Shown in pieces: positions 25,815 to 37,800 of a stretch of 48,921 nt of DNA (position 1 is its first letter; each line of letters starts with the position of its first letter). The notes below the pieces were generated by a model. It was not told the origin of the DNA. It ran no database searches and saw only the letters and a list, made by a program, of their open reading frames with translations. The DNA comes from Euglena gracilis (taxonomy: Eukaryota). Position numbers and translations under genes: made by a program. The stretch is taken from the NCBI GenBank assembly GCA_039621445.1, contig CP154954.1:29769411-29818331 (forward strand). The letters are read 5' to 3'.

Positions 25815-28800
25815 GTTCCCGATGATGTCATGCATTACCTTATCTAGTAATCCATCCGTGCATTTCTTTTTGTGTTTTGAAAAAATGGATTATTTCGCAG
25901 GTTTGCACGGGTATGGGATCTCACCAGTTTTTTTTTAAAAAAACTCCGAACGGTTTTTTCTTCTTCAAAAAATGGGTCAAAATGCTTTTGTTTTGAATCA
26001 CAGCCTTTTAATCTTCAAAAATCCCTCCTCATTGAGTCAGATTTGCTATGCCGATGCCCCCAGGTGGACAAATAGCTGGCCAGCCTGCTCAGTTTACCTT
26101 AACTCCCCCATACATGGATTGTCATCACCAAATTCACATACCTACATTCATTCCCGCCATTCCCTGATTCTCGTGGTGATTGCCAATACGGGCAGTCGGT
26201 TTGAGCTTTTGATGCCTGGAAGAAGCCGAAATGGGTGAAGTGCTCTTTGGTCTCCAGCAAAACCATGCTGCGAATTGCAAGGTGTTTGTTCACCCAGCAT
26301 ACCAATGCTGAATGATACCAAAAAGATAACCAAACACTCACCCCACCGGTCCCTCTTGTTCCTTAAAAATTCGTTTGAAGCCTTCTGAAATCAGGACACC
26401 TTAAAAACTTCAGCCCGAAAATGTTTTAATTATTGTGAATTCTGCAAGCCAAGGTTGAATTGTAAATGGGACGAATTGAACCCAGCAGCGAAGGAGTATC
26501 ATTGCCTGCTTTTCTTTTCATTGTCCTCGGGGTTTGTAGGGTTCATATGGGGCTCATACCAACCCCGCCTTGGCGTATTGGATGTGGGGGGCAGTTGACC
26601 CAAGAGCCCTGTTCCTTGCGTGGGGGATCCCGAGGGTGGGTCAAAAATGTTTTAACTGACCCACCCAGTGGATGACGTTCATGAGTGGAAAAATGCCAGT
26701 TTCTAGCGTTTATCAGGCCTGTGTTGTGGTTTTTTGATCTTTCAATACTCACACTCCAGAACTTTTGGACCACATCTTCACGGTTGCAAGCCAGTCCTTG
26801 ACCCCATTACCTCCGGCAGTGGGCTTGTCAGGACCGCTCCACCTTGCACCCCCCAGCCTGCTGCCCGCCAGCCCGCCTCTCTTTGGGCCCGGCCCCGTGG
26901 CCCCCACTGTGGTCCCTCCCATCCCTGCAACGCCTGGGCCGATGGGAACCCTGTTCAGCGGGGTCCCCCCCCAGCCCCAGCCCCCTCCCATCGTTCCCGA
27001 GTGGACGTTCATTTACCCATTTCCCCATTCCGGAAAAATTCACTCCAAAACAACGTTTTCTGCTCTTTTATTTTTGTATCAGTTCACTTGGACTTTCTCC
27101 GCGACTGTGAAACGCTTCCCTCCGATGAAGTCATTATCCGTGTGCGGTTGATGGTCAATCAATGCCCAGCCCCAATCTTTTCTCCATCCCAGCTCCGACA
27201 GTGCCTGTCCTTCCAACCACAGAGTGACTCATATTTCCAAGCAAGTTAACTTCCAGGCGCTCCCCACCGCCCTTCAGGAAGAGCATGTTGCTCCTGAGAG
27301 GGACGACGAGTCTCTTGGCTACATGTTTGCTCCAGCAGGCTTTATCCCAAGCTGTGGTTGCAACAGCATTTTTTTTAAAAAAAACCAAAAGTTGTTCCAG
27401 GTGTTCAGAGTTGCCTGGCTGACAGAAATTAAATTATTAATATTATTAACATTGCAGGGGGGGAAATGCGTTGCGCATTTTTCCGCATTTTTGCGCATTT
27501 TTTGCGCATTTTTGCCAATTTTTCAAAATGCGCATTTTTTTGCGCATTTTTTGCACTTTTTTTTTGCACATTCCCCCCCGTTTTTGCACAATTTCTTCAT
27601 TTTTTGCGCATTTTTTGCGCATTTTTTTGCCCAATTTTGCACATTTTCCATTTTTTGCGCATTTTTTTGTGCATTTTTTGCCCAATTTTGCATATTTTGC
27701 ACATTTTCATTTTTGCACATTTTCCACCCAAATCACATGCTCACCGAATTTTGCCCACGTTCAACTGACCCATTTCTGTAACCAACGAACCCATTTTCGC
27801 ACTTTTTTTTTTCCACCCAAGGGACCCACGTCAAGAGAAAAACCCTTGGGTGATGATGAGGTGTGGGTACTCATCCAATGACGATGACGACACTAGGGGT
27901 TTCAGAGACCCCACATTGACACGTAACCAAGGCGGGACTCCCACTCCCCTGGTCACAAGTAAGGGGCAACCATGGCTGACATTGTTGGTTATGGTGAACG
28001 GAGAGTGACGCCTTGGTCATGCATTTTTTGGCCAAAATGCCTTCATTTCAGCTCTTTTTGGTGATTTTGGTTTAATTTTGGGTTTACTGCTGGAAATTTT
28101 TCTAAGTCCCTTTTCCCTCAGGAATGTCACAAACTCAGCGCATTTTTTTGTGCATTTTTTTTGTGCATTTTTGTGCATTTTTTTGCGCATTTTTGCGCAT
28201 TTTTTCCGAGGGCCGTCCAGCGCATCCCCCCCCCCCTGAACATTGTTAATTAGCCATTATTGATGGTGGAAAGAAATTAAACCGCCTCATGGGGTGGTCC
28301 ACAGTGAAAAAAAAAGAGACTTCCGACTTGGTGTTTGAGAAGGACCATTCACAACTGATTGTTAGAAAATACATGGTACGCTTCCTTCAATAATAATCGG
28401 AAACTGTAGTGAAAGACTTTCAGAAACGGGTCCCAAAATGGCATTAATGTGGTAAAGAGCGGTGGCGCAATGCGGAGCTATCCCGAGGATCCTTAAGTTC
28501 TGTTGAATTATTAAAATAATAAATAAACAATGAACGGAGGGAGTTTATCAAGGTGGGTTCAGTTGTATTCTGGCAGAAAATATTTCTATGTTGTTGTTCC
28601 TGTTGCTGTTTTACCTACCTTGGATAATTTGCTTCTGGAAAACTGTGCTCCAGCTAACTTGTTACATTGTCTTCTGCATGTGGTTTCTGTGGATTTCTGG
28701 AATCTGTCGTTGCGTTGTTTGTGTGGTATTCCCTCCTGCCCATTGTTGCTCACCTGTTTTTTTTCCAGTGCTGCATGTGTGTCTCGCACATTTTTCATGT

Positions 28801-31800
28801 TCGCGTTGTTTCCCTCTCTGGTGTTATCAGTAACCCCCTCCCCAATAAGTGCACGGATGTGCACTTTTTTTTAGGAACCAAATTTTGACCTCCTCGGCAC
28901 ATTTATTGTGAATGTGTCAAAATCACAAACCACGCAATCTATTTTAAAATATTTTTTCATGACATCCCCTTGTGAATTTCTTGTGATTTGGCCAAGTATT
29001 GTGCCCCATTCAGTACTTCAAAACCGACCAGAATGATTTTGTGGTACTGGCTTCAATTGGAATTACCTTTTTGGGTTGCGCATCAATGTTCTCCTTTTTA
29101 TGCACGTTTTCGGATCGATTAATTGGAGGAGGATGGGGGTGCAATGGTGCACATCTGTTGGGGGGGGGGGAAGTTTGATGGTCGGTCCAGGGGGGTGATA
29201 GGTTGCATGTTACAATGCATGGGGAATGCATGGGAGCAGGTTTTCAGAATCAACATGTTTAATCATGTTTAAATCGAACAATTTAGCTTTATGTGTAATT
29301 GTGAATAAAAATAGAATGATAACATGTGTAATAATTAAGAAGTTATAAAAAGTGCACTGGTGATGAACGTTGCAAACTTGGAATTTGCCATCCTGATGCC
29401 ATTTTTCTTTCATGAGACACTCTACTGGCTGCAGCAGCGCCACCTCCCGTCGTAGCAAGTGGCCCGGTTTACAGCCTGCCTCCACTGCCAGTTGCCCCTG
29501 CAGTGCCATACACCGCACCCTTCCCCGTTGGGCTCCCCGTTCTGGGCCCTCAGGCCCAGATATCAGCGGCCGGGTACCGCCTCCAGGAGCTCAACACTGG
29601 GACCAACCTCTACATCTCCAACCTGCCCGACCGCATCACGAAGGAGGGGCTGAAGGAACTCTTCTCCGCCCACGGCACGGTGATGAGCTGCCGAGTGGCC
29701 CGGAAGCAGGGCCAGAGCCCTAGCCATCCCATTGCTGACCACGGTGACTGCCCCCCCCCCCCCACTCCAAGGTGGGCTCGGCCAGAAGTGGCCAAAGCGT
29801 ACACCCGACGAAGCCGGAAATGTCTTTAACAACTTGCCAGAAAAATGCACCACTTTTGCGCCATTTTTTATTTACATGGGTGGATAGCAGCCCATTTGAG
29901 GGTGGGGGGTCTGGAGACGTCTGATTTTTTTTGAAGTGGAATTCCACCCTGAACTGAGTCAACAATGGCATGATGGTATCGGCTTTGTGCAATACACAAC
30001 ATCAGGTCCATTGCGTGTGTGAATGCATGTGTGCGTGTGTGAGTGGTGTGTGTGTGGGTGTGCAATGTGTGTGTGACAGTGCCCAGTCCCGGGGGATACC
30101 TCTCTGGACAAGCGACTCAGGGACGAAGGGACTCAAGACTCAGACCCTGACCCCTGAGCAAGGTGAAGGTGCCAGGCCTTGAAAAGGAGTACCCCCTTTT
30201 TTTTTTGGACCCGTGGACCCTGTGTGCCGACATTTGCCCCCAGGGGGTGGTGGTTATACCTAGCAGAGTATTTCTAAACCCCCTCCTCCGTGGCAGTTGG
30301 ATCAAGCCTGGTGCAGCGTTTCTCGTCACGTGTGATTTATGTGTTGATTACTGATTCAACCAAGTATGCACCACCCTTTCTTGGTGGGAAGAACTGCCAC
30401 AAAAACGACCAACAAGAATGTGTAATGCCACTGTTTCTTGAGAGTATGGCAAGCACAATCAATCAGAAATCGTTGGCAAAGCTAGCAGAGCACCAGCGAG
30501 ATGAATTCATCAACCAAGCGTCTTTACACCCACTTCTCTGGGTATTTCACAGTGCATTTACAATTTTGACTCTGGAAAGGGGGCACCAAGGACCGTGACA
30601 ATTAGTTCCTGGGGGGTTTGGAGCAGACACTCTTGTGGGAAACTCCCCTCAAATTGTAATTTCACATGGTAATAATGAGAACACAGGAAATGTAGTTGGA
30701 AGATATCCGCACAAAAGTGCTTTGCTTCTGTGCCCCCTCCACTTATTTTGACACCCCCTCCACTTATTTTTTAATGTTCTTTTTTAAGGCTTCCAAGACT
30801 GTTAAAGGTTAATTTTTTTTAAGACGCCTTAAAAAAAAAACCTGGTACCTCCCGTCGACGGGGACATTATTAACCCCTTGGTGAAAAAGAAAGTGATGGA
30901 AAGACTAACGTGATGACATCGTTGTGTTTCCCCCCTCCGTGTGGTGCAGTGGGATCACGGTTTTTCCCAACGTTGTGCAGGGGGGGGGGAAATTGATATC
31001 AATTTTTTTCCGCATTTTCCGCATTTTTCCGCAATTTCCGCAATTTCCGCAATTTTCCGCAATTTTCCGCAATTTTTCCGCAATTTCCGCAATTTTTCCG
31101 CAATTTTTTCCCATTTTTTTTCCGCAGAATTTTTTTCCCACCACCGAAGATGGAAGATGCAATGAGTTCAAGCCATTCTTCAAATGGATCAACAGGTGTT
31201 CTATTGTGTTTTGTTGTTTTTCCCCCCCCAGTTTACCAATTTTTCTCACAGGTGCACCACTGGTTACAGAATTGGGTGCGTCCCACCTGTGCAAAGAACA
31301 TCAAGCGTGTTGATTTGTGCTCGCCTGCATCGACGTGGGTGTTGCGGTGTTCTGAACCTCACAATTGAAAATTTTCTAAGTCCCCTCAGACAGAAATGTG
31401 TATACCCGATATCAATTTTTCCGCAATTTTTCCGCAATTTCCGCAATTTTTCCGCAATTTTTCCGCAATTTTTCCGAAGGCCTCCGATATCAATTTCCCC
31501 CCCCCCTGCGTTGTGATCCTTTGGCCCCCTCCCAGGGATGGCCCAGGCTGCGGTGACGGCGATGAACGGAATGATGGTCGATGACAGCCAGGGAGGCCAG
31601 AGGTCACTGCATTTCCCCACATTGTTGTCCCTGGATTGAAGGGGGCAGGACCCGAGGGATGGCGGTCTGAGGTCAAGGTTCGATCAACGGCCTAGGGGGA
31701 ACCCCGTCCCGTGCCTCCTCCCCGTTCTGTGCCTGGAATCAGAAATAGAGACACCAGTGGTGATCTTTGCTTCGGACTGCCAAGGTAAATCAATTAGGAA

Positions 31801-34800
31801 TGTCCAATAAATTAGGCAGGAACGTCCCCGTTCCTAACCACCCCCCTGCCCTTCCAAAGCCCCTACCCTCACCCGGGTTCGCGCCGTACCAAACCCGCTT
31901 CTGACCTCGGGGGGGGGGGGGCAGTTGTCTGCCCCTCAGCATGGCCCCCGCCACCCTGCGGGCGGCCGGTTCATTCGGGTGAAGCTGGCGGACCACGACA
32001 AGGACAAAGGGGTGACCAGCCGGCCGTCGTCAGACCTCTACATCTGTAACCTGCCCGACTCCTGGTCGTACGCGGAGCTGCACTCCACGTTCGCCCGCTA
32101 CGGGAAGGTGTACTCCTTGACGATGTTCAAGGACTCTGAGACAGGTGCCTTGCTTGCGTGAAGATTCACGTGTCTGATCACTCAGCCGAATAAAGAGGCG
32201 TTGATTTAAATTCTTCCCATTTCCTGCAATGGGTTGGTGGAAGATTCTCAACCAAGTTTCAGGGATTAAAGAGTAGGGGTGATTTGTTTGAATTCGGTGA
32301 GATCTGGGAGTATTTAGTGGGGAGGGGGGGCAGGGCAGGGGTTTTGGAGATGCGGTAACACCAAAGCGAAAGTGAAACCAAGAGCCACCGAGCCCATGAG
32401 CAGTCTTGCACCAGAGCTGCAGCATTCTCCATTCCTTCCATCTGGTGGTTTTTTTGAATCTCCGATTTGTTTCCCCTTCCTTCCTCTGCACAGAGTTGTA
32501 AATATCATTTCTGACCTGCAATGGCTGGAGATACATTTCCCTGGTCCATGCCATGCGTGCTCAGCTGGAGGAGTGGTGTTCAAGCTAACAATTTTTGCAT
32601 ATTTTATCATTGTCATTATCATTTATTATTTTCGTATTGGAAAATGTGTGGTTTTGCATTCATTTTGTGTATTTTTGACCTCTCATTTTGCATTTTTTTT
32701 TTGCATTTTTGCAATTGCATTAAACGTATGTGCATGTTTTTTTTTTTTGCACTGTTTTGCCCCTTGCGTTGCTTATTTTGAGCTGCCTGGTTTCACCCCC
32801 CCCCCCCCGGTGTTCAGGGGGCAACATCGGCAGCGGCATGGTGCGTTACTCCTCCACCGCGGAGGCCACAGCAGCCATCCAGGGCCTCAACATGCTGCAG
32901 CTGCCCGGGATGGACCGCCCCATCGAGGTGAAGTACGCCGAGAGCCGGGCGGAGAAGGACCGCCGCGTCGCGAACCGCATGGACAACGAAGAGGAGGATC
33001 AGGTCGATCCCTTCAAGTGACTACCCTAGTCGGAGGTTCCCTTCAGACCCGCCTCCCTCGCGCTTGTCTCGGCCCGCCCACATTGCTTTCATTTAACCAC
33101 GAGGTCCAAAGAATGAATCCACTCAGGCATTTCTTGTGTACTTGCCTGGCTCAGTAATCGACCTGACCAGGTTTGGCATTTTCCCCCACTCTAGCCACTC
33201 TTCTAATTCCTCCTTCCCTTCCAGGGCGTAGCTTGAGAAAGTTTCCCCCCCCCCCCCGGTCCAGCCAGCAGCCTTTTTCCAGCCAGCAGCCTGTTTCCAG
33301 CCCCGGACCCCCCTCCCCCGCTCAACGAGGTTTATTTGTTTCCAGCCGCCCTCTGCAGCTGGATGGCAACTGATTTTTCGCCATTGGGTGCAAAACGGGC
33401 AAAAGTGGGTCAAAAATGGGCAAAATGGGTCAAAATGGGCGAAAATGGGTCGGAAAAGGGCTGGTCATGGCAAATATGGTCAAAAATCGCATTTTTCTTG
33501 CATAATTGGCAGTTTTTTTGGACATTTTTTTGCGATTCCGATTTTTTTGGTACCCGGTTCGACCCCAGGTCGGGCCCAGTTCCCGCCCGGGACCCGGCGG
33601 AGGGGGGGATCAGCCAGCAGCCTTTTTCCAGCCAGCCATAATTTTCCAGCCTCTGAGCTTGACCCCCCTGTGTGCACTGTGGCCGTTTTGAGCTTGCCCC
33701 CCCCTCGGGGGGGGGGAGTCGATGAAAAACGCCCTGCTCCCTTCCCTGGTATTTTGCTTTAACCAAAATTTTATGGTGAGATGGCGCCACTTCCATCTCT
33801 TTCAAATGTTCACTCCTTGCAGCCACTCCCCCAGCCGGAGCCCCCTCGGTGGAATGAATACCAATGGCCTCCAAGGCTGTCCGCCCCCCAGACAAAAAGG
33901 TCCGAAGCAGACAATTTTTTAAGCACTGGCCGACCCCCCCCCCCCCCCGGGGGTGGGTGACTGGTTTTTTCGGAGGGGGGGTCGCCTGGGGAGGGGGGGG
34001 TCGGCAAAAAATTACTAAAGTGACCCGGCGCCGAAGGCGCCGGAAAATTTTTTTGGGCCTTTTTTGCATGTTTTGGGTCAAATTTCCTTTGGATTCCAGA
34101 GTGGCCGACCCCCCCCCCCCCCGGGGGGGGAGTGTCTGACTGGTTTCCTGAAAAAAGTGACTGACTGGTTTTTCAAAAAGTGGAGTGACCCCCCTCCCCC
34201 CCGGGGTCGGTAAAAAAATTGTATGGTCCGAAGGTGGGAAAGGCCCATACGATGTCCAATGTGATGCCCATTGAAGATTCTGAACCCCTCCCTAATGAAG
34301 GTTTGGGGAGGGTCTTTGACATCAGCCCCCTGTGATATTTACCCCATTGAAATCAGGGTGTTTGATTTTTTTTTTTACAATGGAAATGCCCTCTGTGAAT
34401 AAGGCGGTAGCTTGTGTCAAATATGCCCAAGTTCGCTCCCCACCCCTACTCGGAACCTAACATTGCATTACATTGCATTACGTTATGTTGCATTGCATTG
34501 CATTGCATTGCATTGCATTGCATTGCATTGCATTACATTACATTCATTACATAGCATCATATCACATCATATCACATTTCATTACATTACAATACATGGC
34601 ACTACATTACACGTACATTTCAACCCCCCACACTCGCCAACTTGTCATGCGGACAGTTTCCTGGCTCCCGTCGTTGCTGCTGGTTTCCGTCATTGTGGCT
34701 GAGATACCTGGACCTGGACGAACGGCCTTGAACCCAGCCCACCCAGCGGCCGCCCCCCGCCGAGAGCAGCAGCAGCGGTGGTGGCAGCAGCGGCCAGCTG

Positions 34801-37800
34801 GCCACCCCGCCGAACGTACCAGCGCAGGACATGGCGGCGGTGCAGGCGTTCTCCCGCATCATGAACCTGAACGCAACAACAGGCAACGCGAAGCAAAGCC
34901 TGATGTGCCTGAACAATGGGCTGCAGCTCCGGTGTGCAGATGCCTCGCTTGCAGGTGTTTCTTGACCTTACCTTACCTTACCTTACTTTACCTTACCTTA
35001 CCTTACCTTACCTTACCTTTCCTCACCTTACCTTACCTTACCCCCTCGATGGAGGTCCAGCCAGCCAAAACCTTTTTTCCAGCAGCTACCAGCCAGGCTG
35101 CGGACTCGGGGGGGGGGGGGAGCTGAAATGGGCTTTACCTCAAAAATTTTCTGTGCAAAGCTCCAGAAATTATTTAAAAAGTTTTTTAAAAAAATTGTCA
35201 AAAATGGCATTTTTGAGAAACTTGTGAAAATGAATTGCAAATTATTTATCAAATCATATGAATTTTGGCTATTCTTTTCTGGTGGAAAGCAGAAAAGAAG
35301 AAAGTTTTTCTGGCTCCAGAGGGTTGAACCCCCCCCCCCCAGCCCGGGGTGGTCGGACCGCCCCCTCCCCTCCCCCGTGCAAAACCAACGCTCGCTTACG
35401 GCCCTGCCCGAGGGTGTCTGGCCAAAATTATACTTTGCCAGAAAAATCGACCCTCAAAAATACTGCCAAAATGGGCAGAGAACCTTAGGTAATCTTTCAG
35501 CATCCTGTTTACAACAGGTTTTGAAACCACTGGGATTTTCTTTGGCTAATGCCAGAGGAAAAAAATCCCTGAACACAACAGCAAACTATCAAAGTGGGTA
35601 CAGCAAACATTTTGCGTAACACAAACGCCTCCGTTATTTGGCCTTCTCTGCCACAGGGGTGAAGTGGACCCAGCCGCTGATCATACAGATGACACCAGCC
35701 AGGACCTGATGGGCGTGCTTTGCTCTGGTAGGGGGTACCCCACATGTCCAGTAGAAATTTTCACATATTCCAAAACCTCTGCAGGGGATTTTGCGAACGA
35801 AAAAGGAAAGAATATCAGTTTGGGGATGTACATAGGCAGGCCATTGTTTAAGCGGAAGAGGACCCCACCCTGCACCTTGGGAGCGGGGTCCAGCCATCAG
35901 CAGTTTTATCTCCAGCCAGCAACTTTTTCCAGCCCCTCCTCCCCTGGACGCTTTTTTTTTCAAGCTGCCTTTTGGGCGGCTGGCAGCAGGGGGGGGAATA
36001 TGCAACTTGCATGATTTGCTTTTTTTTACATAATCAGGTTTTCCCGAAATTTGCTTTTTTTGCATTTTTTTTGCATTTTTTTTTTGCGTAAAATATTTTG
36101 CCTGGAAATTTTTTTTGTAGTTGGTCGCCATGTCATGTTTTGTCTCTGGTCCCTCTGCAGTTGCCTGGCGTCTTTGATACTTTCACCCTATTAAAAGGCA
36201 GCTTTGCAGAGGAGTGAATGTTTTCCGAGTTTGTTTTTGTCATTTTTATTGATGTTCAATGGTGACCTGGAGGGACGATTTGCTTAGACTGAACGTGCAG
36301 GTGCCATTCATGTTGATTTTCAAAGCTTCAGTGCTTGCCATTGTCTTCCAGGAGGTCTTCTTTGTGAACCATTGACAGGTGTTTACGGATTTTAGGCAGA
36401 AAAACTCTATTATATTCCAGCCTTTTCTCAGGGGTTTTATGCAAGTTGCATTTTTTTTGCATTTTTTGCATTTTTTTGACTTGCATAATTCGAAGGGCCA
36501 AGTTGCATACCCCCCCCCCCCTGCTGGAAGGTAACGGAATCTCTGATTTCGGAGTGCAAAAAAATGGCGAAAATATGGGCAAAATAAGTCAGAATTTGGC
36601 TGGCCGGGGCATATTTTGGGTCAAAATAGGTTTTTTTTGGAGGGCATTTTTGCAGGTTCGATTTTTTTGTACCCAGTTCGACCCTGGTTCAGGTCCAGTT
36701 CCAGCTGGGGGAGGGGGGGGTCAGCAGCCTTTTCCCAGCAAGCCCAAACTTTCGGTCTGGACCCCCAGTCAAGGAAGGGAGGGAGGCACCAGGGGGTATT
36801 GCTTTAAGCAGGGCGGTCCATAAGGGACGGGATTTTTTTTTTTTAGTTAAGGACCGCCCCCTTGAGGACCGCCCCCCCCAGCACCAATTTTTGGACCCGA
36901 AAAAATTTTTCCGGCGCTTTTGGCGCCGGGTGTTTTTTTTTTGACCCATTTTGGGAGGTCCCCCCAAAAACCCCTCAAAACCCCATTTTTTCCCCACCTT
37001 CCAAAGATTCAAAATTTTCTCAACAATTCATTTTGAGAGTTTTTAGAAGCAAAAAAAAGCCATTGAAAATCCAAAAAAACTTCCAAGAGAAAAATTGTCA
37101 GTAAAATTCTGACTGTGCCAAAATTTGGTCCACTTTTTTTGACCTTCGTTATTTTCCACCCCCCCTCCTAAAAAATACCAAATTTAACCCTGAAATTGTT
37201 AAATTTTTTTTGTGAAAAAAATGTGGTTTTCCATCAAAAAATCATGTATTTTGGGCTCATTTTTCAAAAAAACAGGGTCGACCCCCCCACCTCCCGGTTG
37301 GGGGGGGGGTCGACCCCCCCCACCAGGCCTTCCCGTTCTGCCCTGGCCTGCCCCGAAAAAGACCATACACACCTCTCCCCTCTTCCCCTGGAAGTTGGCA
37401 ACGAGCCCAAACAATCACTTAGTCATTGATCAACCCCCTCCCTTGCACATTGTGTAAATTGCCCAAAAATTTTGACGCTCTGTAAACGGAAGAGGAAGCG
37501 GAAAACCGCTTCCAAAAAAAGGGCTGTTTTTTTGAGGTTCCTGGAAGAGGTCTGGCCGAAAGTACTGGGTCATTTGGAGATGATGGGGGAAACCCTGTGA
37601 AAAAAAAAAACAGAAGAATGCAAAGAAGCGGTTTTCTGCTTCCTCAACCCAACAAAATAATTTTTGAACAGATCACTACAACAGAAGAAGAATACCACTG
37701 AACAATCTGAATAGGAAACTACACTGCATTCACTGAAACATCAAACAGTCAATGTTGTATGTTGGTGAGTTGTACATTTTACATGTTGCAACAAAAGACG

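Larger units (their letters stand above)
14720..28639 (+). repeat. Tandem segmental duplication, copy 2 (~13.9 kb), continuous with the downstream RRM gene
   Basis: Ends at tttgcttctgga|aaact (28639); the same sequence in copy 1 reads tttgcttctgga|gctcc (14722). Confidence 0.97.
33869..34735 (+). other. Nonconventional intron, CAA/TTG stem
   Basis: ctcCAAggctgt pairs with acggccTTGaaccc|ag (one G-U pair); removal restores the frame W-Q-PTQRPP and skips the TGA at 34729-34731. Confidence 0.75.

Noticed and set aside
26041-26234. Additional 5' exons (FAMPMPPGGQIAGQPAQ...; TGSRFELL...) with a possible stem-closed intron
   Set aside because: Plausible, but I could not make the phases consistent with the neighbouring exons, so they are left uncalled.
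27257-27338. Exon-like stretch ALPTALQEEHVAPERDDESLGYMFAPA
   Set aside because: The duplicate copy differs by a 17-nt indel and several substitutions, unlike the conserved candidate exons.
30290-30330. LVQRFSS as the RNP1 exon
   Set aside because: No workable junctions, and wrong spacing compared with IGFVQY.
30952-31520. ggatcac/gtgatcc stem as another nonconventional intron
   Set aside because: Lies wholly within GT-AG intron 30006-31535, is followed by a pyrimidine, and RNP1 is better supplied by 29978-30005.
34965-35041. (CCTTA)n as an interstitial telomere
   Set aside because: The unit reads TAAGG on the other strand, not TTAGGG or TTAGG.
36161-36177. Alternative last exon (VAWRL*) after a strong acceptor
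   Set aside because: Lies inside the 35987-36523 MITE, and four further phase-consistent exons exist downstream; at most a cryptic isoform.
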